The notes under the pieces were generated by a model that saw nothing but the letters and a program-made list of their open reading frames with translations, ran no database searches and was not told where the DNA came from. DNA of 31,676 bases, taken from a virus (lineage: Duplodnaviria > Caudoviricetes). This document shows positions 15,142-23,648 of this stretch, piece after piece (the first letter of the stretch is position 1; each line of letters opens with the position of its first letter). A program made the translations under genes and the position numbers. Where the stretch lies: the IMG/VR virus record IMGVR_UViG_3300029318_000056, positions 1-31,676 of that record; one strand, written 5' to 3'.

Positions 15142-16871
15142 TTTTTATAATTTGGATGATGTCCTCTGTTTGCCATATCTTTTGGTGCAATTTCTACTTC
15201 TGCAGGATTATTTGGCTCTTTTAGACCATCTGCAATTGCTTCTTGCTCACTAACAAGGTTATTGTCAGCTATTTTTTTCTTATATACCTTCAATTCCCAG
15301 TAATGATGACAATTTACACCGCCTTTATACTTAAATAACGAATAATTTTGTCCTTTATGACCTAATTCTTTATTTATGCCTTTAAAAGACATCATATTTA
15401 TATCTTCTTTTCTAAATACTATGTTTTGCTCTGTTAAAATCTCCATTTTTTGACAAAAACGCCTACTGTTAGGTGATTTTCTTATAGGTGCGTAAGAATA
15501 ACGAACCTTATATGTTGAATTGTCTTGTGATGATACCTTATTAGGTTTAGCATCATCTTGAGTTGGCATAGAAAGACTTGTTAGGTCAAATTCTTTGTCA
15601 GAATCTTCTACTTTTTCAGTATGTACAAGTTCCCAATCAGTTTCATCTATTTTTTCACCTAATTCTTCTAGTTGTGACAATAAATCATCTCCTTCTTCAT
15701 CAGAAATATCATTTTTTTCTTGTGATGATAGCTTTTCACCTGTTTCTTCTTCTCTTTTAATCTTTGTTTCAATGTTATCAAGTTCTGTAAACTCAATTGG
15801 TTGTAATGTAACAAAGTAAAGATTAAGTTCAATACCGTTAAAATTTAACAACTTGTTAAAAGAGTCAATTAGTAATGCTTGAAATGGTCTAATTACAATA
15901 TTATCCATAAGCACAGATGCTGTTCTTAATTCTTCTGCGTTATTTCCAAAACCAGTATTGTCTTTTATACCAAGTAGTATAGGTGAAACAACACCGTGAC
16001 CAATCATTATCTTTTCTCTAGATTCTTTTGCTAAGAATTCATATTGTGCGTGTGCATCAGGTAAATTGATAGGATCTATAGAAGCTTCAGCTTCTGCACT
16101 TTCGTTAAATGCTAAAATAAATCTACCTGCGTTTGATGACCCACTGAATTTATCATATATTTTTCTTTCAATCAATTCTTGTGCTTCGTCACCTGGAATA
16201 CCATTGTTAAAATTAAGTAACATAGATGGCTGTAAACCATTCTTTATGTTGTTTATATGATAGTTTGATACTTCTTCTTCTAGATTACAATACTGTAAAC
16301 ATCCTTGATAATCGACAGGTGAATAGTAATAGAACCCAGCTCTATAAGGTTTTATACAATATATTTCAACAGTTTCACTTTTTTTACCATATTTATATGC
16401 TGGTATTCTTTTAGGTTTATCTGATGGTTTTAAATCATTCCATTTTGGATGATAGTAAAAAGCTTGTATCTGACCATCTTTTGCTTTTTCAGCTCTAAGC
16501 GTTTCAGTTGGAAAATGCTTAAGCTGCATAATTTTTGTTTTGTTCTTATTGTATACAACTTGTACTGCACCTTGTCCAAGTAATTTTAAATCTCCAACTA
16601 TTCTTCTTACATCTAAATCTTTTAGTATTTGTTTCATTTGACCAAACTGAACAGAATTAGTTTCTGAATCTGTTGCGTTTAATCCTCTACCATATATTAA
16701 ATCTGTTATACCATTTATACATCTTGAGTTTGTTGGACTACCTGTATATCTATCTATAATGTCACCAAAATAGTTATTGTCATCACCATATTCTACCCAA
16801 TCGTGCCTTGTAGATTCTTTGATGCTAGGCACTTCATACCCTGCTAAATTTATTACTTTTACCTTGTTCAT
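15138..16871 (-). CDS. Portal protein with C-terminal Cys/His extension
   Basis: WVEYGDDNNY, NNIKNGLQPS, KFSGSSNAGRF, HGVVSPILLGI portal-type motifs; after an acidic linker SRRFC...GGVNCHHYW. Confidence 0.8.
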   Translation of the reverse strand: MNKVKVINLAGYEVPSIKESTRHDWVEYGDDNNYFGDIIDRYTGSPTNSRCINGITDLIYGRGLNATDSETNSVQFGQMKQILKDLDVRRIVGDLKLLGQGAVQVVYNKNKTKIMQLKHFPTETLRAEKAKDGQIQAFYYHPKWNDLKPSDKPKRIPAYKYGKKSETVEIYCIKPYRAGFYYYSPVDYQGCLQYCNLEEEVSNYHINNIKNGLQPSMLLNFNNGIPGDEAQELIERKIYDKFSGSSNAGRFILAFNESAEAEASIDPINLPDAHAQYEFLAKESREKIMIGHGVVSPILLGIKDNTGFGNNAEELRTASVLMDNIVIRPFQALLIDSFNKLLNFNGIELNLYFVTLQPIEFTELDNIETKIKREEETGEKLSSQEKNDISDEEGDDLLSQLEELGEKIDETDWELVHTEKVEDSDKEFDLTSLSMPTQDDAKPNKVSSQDNSTYKVRYSYAPIRKSPNSRRFCQKMEILTEQNIVFRKEDINMMSFKGINKELGHKGQNYSLFKYKGGVNCHHYWELKVYKKKIADNNLVSEQEAIADGLKEPNNPAEVEIAPKDMANRGHHPNYKK

Positions 16872-17233
16872 ATAATTATATATTTTTGAGCCACTTCAGT
16901 TGGATCTGCATACTGGTCATATTTATTACTGTTTAATGTGTGATCCGTTGTATTATCAGTTTGTGATGTACAATATGCTTTACCTCTATATAGAAGTGTA
17001 GATCCTTGTTTAAGTTCAAATGAGTAGCTTGTTTCAGCTGTCAATATAGTAAATGCAACAGACATCTGCAAGTAATTACTGTTAGTAGGTCTTGTAGAAG
17101 TTACGCTTGTAAGCGTTTGTGTTTTTCTTGTACCGTCCTCTACAATAACCAAAGTCAAATTACTAGCAACTGTATATGCTCTAGGTATAATACTAATTGT
17201 TTGTGAACTAGTCGTAGGTGATAATGTAATCAT
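16868..17233 (-). CDS. Hypothetical beta-rich virion protein
   Basis: ORF track; T/S-rich; between tail tube and portal. Confidence 0.65.
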   Translation of the reverse strand: MITLSPTTSSQTISIIPRAYTVASNLTLVIVEDGTRKTQTLTSVTSTRPTNSNYLQMSVAFTILTAETSYSFELKQGSTLLYRGKAYCTSQTDNTTDHTLNSNKYDQYADPTEVAQKYIII

Positions 17234-17265
17234 ATTTATATAACCTATTATGTTGAATTATGTTC

Positions 17266-17292
17266 AAAAAAAAAGAGGACCAATTGTCCTCT
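17266..17292 (-). terminator. Intrinsic terminator after tail tube gene
   Basis: AGAGGAC-N5-GTCCTCT plus a long T-run on the minus strand. Confidence 0.8.
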
Positions 17293-17316
17293 CTTTCTTT
17301 ACTGTACTCTCTATGT

Positions 17317-17865
17317 TTAAGAGTTAGTACCTTGAGTAATTGTTACTGTGTTAGTCATACCAGCAAAAGGATTTGCTGCAGTAGCACCTTCTAAGAAGTT
17401 AGCAGGTAGCACTTCTTGAGCAGTAAGAGTTAGTGTATATCCACTCATATCGCCCATTGCTGCACCAGTTACTATTGTACCACCACTTACGTCAGCACCG
17501 TGTTCTAATCCCATTATAAAGGCATTGTCATTGTAATCTTGGATTACAACGTGAGGTCTTCCATAAGTTAATAATTTTAACTCTTTATGATCTTGTACTG
17601 TAAGTTTATGTAGAGTTAAATTAAGTGTTTGCTCAAAGAAAGCTGTTCCGTTTTCTCTTGAAGCTGTTATCGTTTGCTCGAAAGATGAATTACCTTTTAC
17701 TTCGTATTCAAAAGCAGTAACTGTTCCTAAATCTTCAACTACATCTGTATCTGTGCTATCAAAAGCAGCAGTAATAACACCATAGTTTAAGAAGTAAACA
17801 GCTCTTATACCACCTACGACATCTTTACAAGGTTCTTTTCTTCCTATTGTTAAATCACAAGCCAT
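17317..17865 (-). CDS. Major tail (tube) protein
   Basis: MACDLT.GR..PCKD.VGGI, SRENGT.FFEQ.L, TG.AMGD.SGY.LT.T motifs; follows the capsid gene. Confidence 0.7.
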   Translation of the reverse strand: MACDLTIGRKEPCKDVVGGIRAVYFLNYGVITAAFDSTDTDVVEDLGTVTAFEYEVKGNSSFEQTITASRENGTAFFEQTLNLTLHKLTVQDHKELKLLTYGRPHVVIQDYNDNAFIMGLEHGADVSGGTIVTGAAMGDMSGYTLTLTAQEVLPANFLEGATAANPFAGMTNTVTITQGTNS

Positions 17866-17881
17866 AATATTTTAATTTTAT

Positions 17882-17920
17882 AAAAAAAGGCAGGTAGAAA
17901 ATACCACCTACCTTTTTTTT
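17882..17920 (-). terminator. Intrinsic terminator after major capsid gene (possibly bidirectional)
   Basis: GGTAGGTGG/CTACCTGCC stem with G-U pairs, flanked by A/T runs. Confidence 0.8.
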
Positions 17921-17936
17921 AGTTAAACAATTGTTA

Positions 17937-18860
17937 TTAAGAGTATAAAACAATATCACTACCGATTGCGTGTTGTATACCAGCAGTAAATCTCATTATT
18001 ACTCTTACATTTTGAGAACCATCAATGTCAGCCATATCAATAACTTTTACTTCGTTGTGGTCAGCTAATAGACCAGTTCCAAAGAATAAGTTACCTTTTT
18101 CAGCTGCAACAGCCTTGTCAGAAGGTAAACCTTGTGCAAGTGCAATGTTAATCCCATCAAAAGTTAATGCTCCACCGTTAAACCACTGAGTACCTTGATC
18201 GTTAGTACCAGCTGCTCCAACGTTAGAAGCAAACCCACCTAATGCTCTTACATAGTTTCTGTACATATTAGATGGTAAGTAAATTGCTAAATCATCTGAT
18301 CCATATACACCAGAAGGAATTGCATCTACGATTTTTCCAAGCTCACCTACAACGTTAGCAGAAGTACTAGCTTGAGCTCCTACGTCTACTACGTCACCGT
18401 CAGCACCTAATGTAGTTACAAAACCATCAAACTCACCTGCGTTAGCATCAGTTCCGTTCCAAATGTTTTGCTCTACCTTTTGTGCAACTTTTCCTGCAAC
18501 GTGTGCAATTAAAAAGTCTGAGAAAGAAGGAGGTAAGTTGTCAAATGCAGAATATCCCATTTGTACAGCTTCCCAGTCAGATCTGAAATCTTTCTTACAT
18601 AACTGAAGGTTTACTTGAAACTCTTCTGGTTGTAGAATTCTTTCAGTTAATGTTAATGTTGAAGTAGCGTCAAAGTCACAAGTTGCATCTTTTACAATGT
18701 CATCAGTTGCTACTTTTTTCATTACTTCTTTGTATTTAACGTTAGGTTTTACAGTAATGTTACCCTCAGCTAAAGTTTTACCTGATAGCAATGCTGCAGA
18801 AACATATTTCCCAGCAAATTCACCAGCGTAAGTTGTTGTTAAAGAATTAGTTGTTGCCAT
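17937..18860 (-). CDS. Major capsid protein
   Basis: 307 aa after protease/scaffold; VEQNIWNGT...GEFDG HK97-like segment; followed by a terminator. Confidence 0.85.
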   Translation of the reverse strand: MATTNSLTTTYAGEFAGKYVSAALLSGKTLAEGNITVKPNVKYKEVMKKVATDDIVKDATCDFDATSTLTLTERILQPEEFQVNLQLCKKDFRSDWEAVQMGYSAFDNLPPSFSDFLIAHVAGKVAQKVEQNIWNGTDANAGEFDGFVTTLGADGDVVDVGAQASTSANVVGELGKIVDAIPSGVYGSDDLAIYLPSNMYRNYVRALGGFASNVGAAGTNDQGTQWFNGGALTFDGINIALAQGLPSDKAVAAEKGNLFFGTGLLADHNEVKVIDMADIDGSQNVRVIMRFTAGIQHAIGSDIVLYS

Positions 18861-18884
18861 TTTATATTTATTTTATATTATTAA

Positions 18885-19298
18885 TTATGATTCTGATGCC
18901 CATATACCAACACCACCTGTTACATACCAAGTAGTTGTAGCGACTGCTTTTAATCTACACCAGTCACCTTTGTTAGCTGTTGCTTTTGTGTTTATCCAAT
19001 CTTTGTTAGCTACACCACCTGCTACTGAATCTGCAGCAGCATTTGCAATTGAGCCGTTTACGCTATCAGTTGATGCAGGAGATAAGGTAATAATGTTGTT
19101 ACCGTCAGCACCTGTATTTCTGAATAAAAATTCCATACCAATATTATTGGCAGTAATAGCTGGTAAAGTAATTACTAGTGCGTCAGTTGCAATATTAAAT
19201 TCTTGACCTGCTTGGTTTTCACCTAATGTTTGTGTTGTAGTAAGAGTATTTTGTTTTGATCTAGCTCTTAATACGTCGTTACTTGAATTTGTTGCCAT
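18885..19298 (-). CDS. Capsid decoration/head-fibre-like protein
   Basis: ITLPA...GMEFLF...ITLSP..D...GD...L....W beta module; between scaffold and MCP. Confidence 0.55.
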   Translation of the reverse strand: MATNSSNDVLRARSKQNTLTTTQTLGENQAGQEFNIATDALVITLPAITANNIGMEFLFRNTGADGNNIITLSPASTDSVNGSIANAAADSVAGGVANKDWINTKATANKGDWCRLKAVATTTWYVTGGVGIWASES

Positions 19299-19314
19299 TT
19301 TAATTTATTATTTA

Positions 19315-19797
19315 TTAGTTAGATAATGCTTTTAAAACTCTACCATAAGTAGTGTTTTGGTTTGCATTAACTGCAAATCTTGCACCAACTTTTGTAGTTA
19401 CTTCGTTTTCTGGAGAATGAGAGATTGCTTCAGCAGTAGCTTCATCAGCAGAAAGTTCTTGTGGAACTTCTTCTCTAGCTTCTTCTTTAGCTTCAATCAT
19501 ACCTTTTAATTTTTCTACCATAGATTTCAGTTCAGCTACTTCTTCTTTTGTAGCATAGTCAGCTGGATCCATATACTCTCTGTGTTCTGGAGTGTGCTTC
19601 ATTTCACTTTCCTCTTGTAGTTCAGCTTCTTCTACATTTGCAGGAGCAGCTTCTTGTGTAATCTCCTCTTGAGCCAAGTCTTCTTTAGCTACAGGAGCTT
19701 CTTCTTTTAACTCTACATCATTGAAGTTTTCTTCTTCCTTCTCTGATGTTGATAAAAGAACATCTTTGATTTTAGTTACAATTTCACTTGCTTTCAT
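19315..19797 (-). CDS. Capsid scaffolding protein
   Basis: E/A-rich, YATKEE coiled coil, ISHSPE motif; between protease and MCP. Confidence 0.7.
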   Translation of the reverse strand: MKASEIVTKIKDVLLSTSEKEEENFNDVELKEEAPVAKEDLAQEEITQEAAPANVEEAELQEESEMKHTPEHREYMDPADYATKEEVAELKSMVEKLKGMIEAKEEAREEVPQELSADEATAEAISHSPENEVTTKVGARFAVNANQNTTYGRVLKALSN

Positions 19798-19846
19798 AAG
19801 ATTCTTATTTATAGTTATTACCGATTAAATTTATTCTGTTGTATTT

Positions 19847-19987
19847 TTATACTTTACCAATACCTTGAGCTTCAAGAGTACCGTCACAACACTTCTTAGA
19901 ATAGGTCTTTCCATCAGGACAAAGACAACCTCTTCTTGATGCTCTAGGTGAAGAAAAACTTAGAGTTGCATTTTTTCTTCTTTTCAT
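19847..19987 (-). CDS. Small Cys-rich protein (46 aa)
   Basis: Hand translation MKRRKNATLSFSSPRASRRGCLCPDGKTYSKKCCDGTLEAQGIGKV*; ATGA overlap with the protease stop. Confidence 0.75.
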   Translation of the reverse strand: MKRRKNATLSFSSPRASRRGCLCPDGKTYSKKCCDGTLEAQGIGKV

Positions 19988-21498
19988 TTTGAGGATTTAG
20001 GATGTTTAGATGGAAGAATGTCATAGTCTGTTGTATACTTTGCATTTTGTGGTCTTCCATTCTTCACTAAATACAAAAACGCATTGACTCGTGCAAATGC
20101 CCACTGTGAAGGACTATTTACTCTGGGAGAGCTACTCCTGTTAAATGCACCAAGACCTCTTTGGAAGACCGAAGCTAACATACCGACTGTAACACCATAA
20201 CCTAATTTTTCTTTATATCTTTTGTTAAAGTCATCAGCTTTTTTCTGTAATGCTTTTCTATCTTTTGCAGAAACCTTTGCTCCTCTTTTACCTTTGGCTG
20301 TACCCCTAGCTGTACCCTTACCTTTTGGGTTTCTGTTGGGTGTATCTGATGCTGGTGCTTTCGGTGATCTTCTTATACCACCTCTTGGTCCAACCTCTGC
20401 AAGTGTGTGTTGCTTACAAGGCATATACCAAGTCTGATTCTCAAAGTCGTGTTCGTGTATTCCTTCACAACCAATATCAGATGCAATTTTTTCAGCTTGT
20501 TCTTTTGATGCGTAAGCAAGTCTATCCATAATTATTGCATAATCATCATTTACTTTTTCAGAATATAATTCTACAGATAGTTCATCTAAACCTTTCAGTT
20601 TTGACTCTACCCAATTGAACATAGATTTACCACCCCAAAGTAAATAAGATATAGTACCACAAGCTTCATTATCTCCTTCTTTATAATAAGTTTCTGCTCT
20701 TGATAAATATGAGTATATGCGTTTAAGAGTTGGTACTGTAAAGTTTTCACCTCTTTCTAATTGTCTTGCTCTTGTTTTACCAACAGCAGTAGCACATTTA
20801 TTGTTAACAGCCTTATTATATTTAATACCTCGTATTGCATTGTTTTTTGCAGACTCTGGATAATCTCCGTAAGATTCTAATTCTACTTCTTCTGTTAGTG
20901 CAGCAAGAACTTCTCGTAATTCATATTCTGCGTTTAGTTCATTTATCTTTTCTTCTATACTTTCTTTTGGTCTTTCAAGTCCATCAGCAAAATAACCTTC
21001 TATAGAAAATCCTTTTACTTCACCATCTTTTACAGCTTTCCATACTTTATCATTTAATACTTTCATAGAAACCATCCAAGTACCTTTTGGTAAGTCAAAT
21101 CCATAAGCAGCAGCTTTATCTTTCTTTGGATCTTCTATAAGCCAAGATTCAACTACAGACATATCTGTTAACTCAAATGCGTGTTCGTATGTGGAGTTTT
21201 TGTGTTTGCTTTTTATAAAGAATAGTTCTGAAGCTCTTCTAACTGTATCTTCAGAGAAATATATATAGTAATCATTATCATCATCACCAGCACCTTTTCT
21301 AAATATCTTCTTGTTAGGTATAAGTGCAGGCCCCATAAGTATTCTTTGTTCTGCATCTACCTCAGCAAGTTTTACGTCTGTGTGTTCTTTTAATGCAATG
21401 AAATCTTCTTCTATTGCAGGATTCTCGACGACAGAAATAGCTTCAATACCGCTAATTTCATTTTCTTCGTCTATAATAAGTTCTATTATCTTTTCCAT
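19984..21498 (-). CDS. XkdF-like prohead serine protease with C-terminal accessory domains
   Basis: ISVVENPAIEE, ILMGPALIP, EH, GTWMVSMKV, VKGFSIEG; C-terminal RGLGAF...QWAFARVNAFL (DUF5824-like). Confidence 0.8.
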   Translation of the reverse strand: MEKIIELIIDEENEISGIEAISVVENPAIEEDFIALKEHTDVKLAEVDAEQRILMGPALIPNKKIFRKGAGDDDNDYYIYFSEDTVRRASELFFIKSKHKNSTYEHAFELTDMSVVESWLIEDPKKDKAAAYGFDLPKGTWMVSMKVLNDKVWKAVKDGEVKGFSIEGYFADGLERPKESIEEKINELNAEYELREVLAALTEEVELESYGDYPESAKNNAIRGIKYNKAVNNKCATAVGKTRARQLERGENFTVPTLKRIYSYLSRAETYYKEGDNEACGTISYLLWGGKSMFNWVESKLKGLDELSVELYSEKVNDDYAIIMDRLAYASKEQAEKIASDIGCEGIHEHDFENQTWYMPCKQHTLAEVGPRGGIRRSPKAPASDTPNRNPKGKGTARGTAKGKRGAKVSAKDRKALQKKADDFNKRYKEKLGYGVTVGMLASVFQRGLGAFNRSSSPRVNSPSQWAFARVNAFLYLVKNGRPQNAKYTTDYDILPSKHPKSSK

Positions 21499-21532
21499 AT
21501 CTAAATAACCCTATTGAGTTTATTTTGTTTTA

Positions 21533-23512
21533 TTATCCGATAGATGCACCTTCAATCGTACTACGTTCAAGTTCCTGTGCAGTTGTAACGTCTGATGCTA
21601 CAACAAATGCTTTTATAGGTTTATCTTCTGCACCTGCAATTGTTTGTGCTAACTGGCTTGTTTGTGTAGCACCTACTACATTAAATGCTGGAGCTGCAAC
21701 AGTAGTTGAACTAGTTCCTCCACCAGATATACCTAGTGATTCACCAGAAAGTGCTTGTATTTGTTCTTGAGCTTTTCTACGAGCTGACACAATAGTTGCA
21801 ATAACACCTCCTATTGAAGCTGCATATGCTGCAATACCAAGTGGACCTAGTTGTTTTAAAAACTCACCCAAAGACATAGTAGCAGCTGCAACACTACCCA
21901 CCCCATCACTTACTGTTTTTGTCATAGCTCCTTTTAACTGTAAAGTTATTTTTGCCAATTCCATTGCAGCTTCTATTTGGAACATATCTCTTTCAAACCT
22001 TATTTGTTTTTTTCTGACTTTTCTTGTTTCAGAGTCATTTTTTTTCAATAATCTTTCTTTCTCACTTGCAGTTAAATTGTCATTGTTCAGTATTACATCT
22101 CTTTCAGTATCTAATCTTTTTATTTGTGCATCTAATGCTTGTTTTTGTACTTGAGCTATTTTACCGACTTGAGTAGCTATGATAGAAGCTAACTCTATTC
22201 TTTTACGCATCTGCTCTTGTATACGGTTCATTTCGTCTTCGTGCATTTGTTGCATAACAGCGGCAACAGCTAATCTTCCATCTAACATTCTTTGTAAACT
22301 ATTAGTGTCTGCTTCTTCTTCTACTTTTCTTACTAAATTTACTTCTTTTACTGTTTTACGTCTTTCAATTCTCTCTGTTGTTCTTGTTTTTTTTCTGTCA
22401 CGAGTAGCTGTTTTTTGTAACTCAGTTAAGTCTGCTATTGCTGACTCTGTTATTGCACTTGTCTCTGCTGCTATTTTATCAAACAAATTTAATCTCTGTT
22501 GTTCTAGTAATGGTCCAAAACCTAAAACTGTACCTGAAAAAAACCTTTTAAATGCACTTACATTTTCATCAAGAAACTTTTTTACTTGTTTAGGATCACT
22601 CCTATCAACACCTTCTATAAGATTTTGTAATCTAAATTTTTCAGCATTTTGTGCAACTAGAGCATCAATTTCTGCTCTAATTAATTGTTGTTCTATATAA
22701 TCTTCTATTGCTAATCTTGTTGCTTCAATATTATCTTTGTTAGCAATTTCTTCTTCATTTAAGTCTGGCAGTATTTTAGCTAGTTCGTCAACTGCATATA
22801 ATTGTGCTTCTCTTGAAGCTGTAGAATCATCTAAAACAGTGATTAAAGAAAGTAGTCTTTGTTCCTCTGCTCTTAGTTCTTTTTCTGTATCTTCTAATGC
22901 TTCTGCTAATTCTCTAGCTGATTTAGCTGCTTCATCATTTCCTTTTATAAAGTCTAATATTTTATCTCCATAGGCAGTTACTAGAGCTATTAATACTTGA
23001 AAAGCTAATATTAAAGCACCACCTTTTTTTAGTTGTTTTAATAATATTTTAAAAGAGGTAGACGCATCACCTGTCTTACGAGATAAATTACCAAAATTAG
23101 AACCTAATTGTGATATGTTATTAGTAACAGCGATTATACCAAAAGGTAAATCTGAAATCAATCTACCAAATTCAGTTATTGTATTTGAAGCTAAACCTTG
23201 ATTACTAATAAAATCTGCATTTACTTGTACGTCAGCTTTTCTTGCAGATGTCAATTCTCTAAGCTGAGCTTCTACTTCAGTTATTTTAATTGAGTATTCT
23301 TGATAAGCTTTTGATGTAGTAGCAGTAGCAGCACGTTCTGCTTTTAATGCCTTGATTTCATCAAGTATAGCTTTCTCTGTACCTGCTTTTGCTGTAGATA
23401 AGTTTTTTTGTGATTGAGCTGCTTGATCTAAAGATTCTTTCAGTTGTTTTATTTGAAAAGTACCATCATCCTTTAACTCAACGGATATTATTATTTTTTT
23501 ATTGTCCTCCAT
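21533..23512 (-). CDS. Tape measure protein
   Basis: 659 aa, long helical/coiled-coil with hydrophobic segments; C-terminal PIKAFVVASDVT.AQ motif. Confidence 0.8.
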   Translation of the reverse strand: MEDNKKIIISVELKDDGTFQIKQLKESLDQAAQSQKNLSTAKAGTEKAILDEIKALKAERAATATTSKAYQEYSIKITEVEAQLRELTSARKADVQVNADFISNQGLASNTITEFGRLISDLPFGIIAVTNNISQLGSNFGNLSRKTGDASTSFKILLKQLKKGGALILAFQVLIALVTAYGDKILDFIKGNDEAAKSARELAEALEDTEKELRAEEQRLLSLITVLDDSTASREAQLYAVDELAKILPDLNEEEIANKDNIEATRLAIEDYIEQQLIRAEIDALVAQNAEKFRLQNLIEGVDRSDPKQVKKFLDENVSAFKRFFSGTVLGFGPLLEQQRLNLFDKIAAETSAITESAIADLTELQKTATRDRKKTRTTERIERRKTVKEVNLVRKVEEEADTNSLQRMLDGRLAVAAVMQQMHEDEMNRIQEQMRKRIELASIIATQVGKIAQVQKQALDAQIKRLDTERDVILNNDNLTASEKERLLKKNDSETRKVRKKQIRFERDMFQIEAAMELAKITLQLKGAMTKTVSDGVGSVAAATMSLGEFLKQLGPLGIAAYAASIGGVIATIVSARRKAQEQIQALSGESLGISGGGTSSTTVAAPAFNVVGATQTSQLAQTIAGAEDKPIKAFVVASDVTTAQELERSTIEGASIG

Positions 23513-23648
23513 AATACTCTCTAATTATGTGATCTTTTAAATCTTTATAATTTTCTTTGGCTTTATACTTACCTTTAGCAATGTCTATATAAGGATTAAC
23601 TCCATAAAAATTATCTGTCTTTAGTAATTCAATTATTATTCTTAACAT
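23499..23648 (-). CDS. Small conserved tail-region protein (49 aa)
   Basis: Hand translation MLRIIIELLKTDNFYGVNPYIDIAKGKYKAKENYKDLKDHIIREYYGGQ*; TAATG coupling. Confidence 0.7.
   Translation of the reverse strand: MLRIIIELLKTDNFYGVNPYIDIAKGKYKAKENYKDLKDHIIREYYGGQ

Noticed and set aside
16673-20732. Isolated GCGTTTAA copies in the portal and protease genes
   Set aside because: About chance frequency and explained by codon usage.
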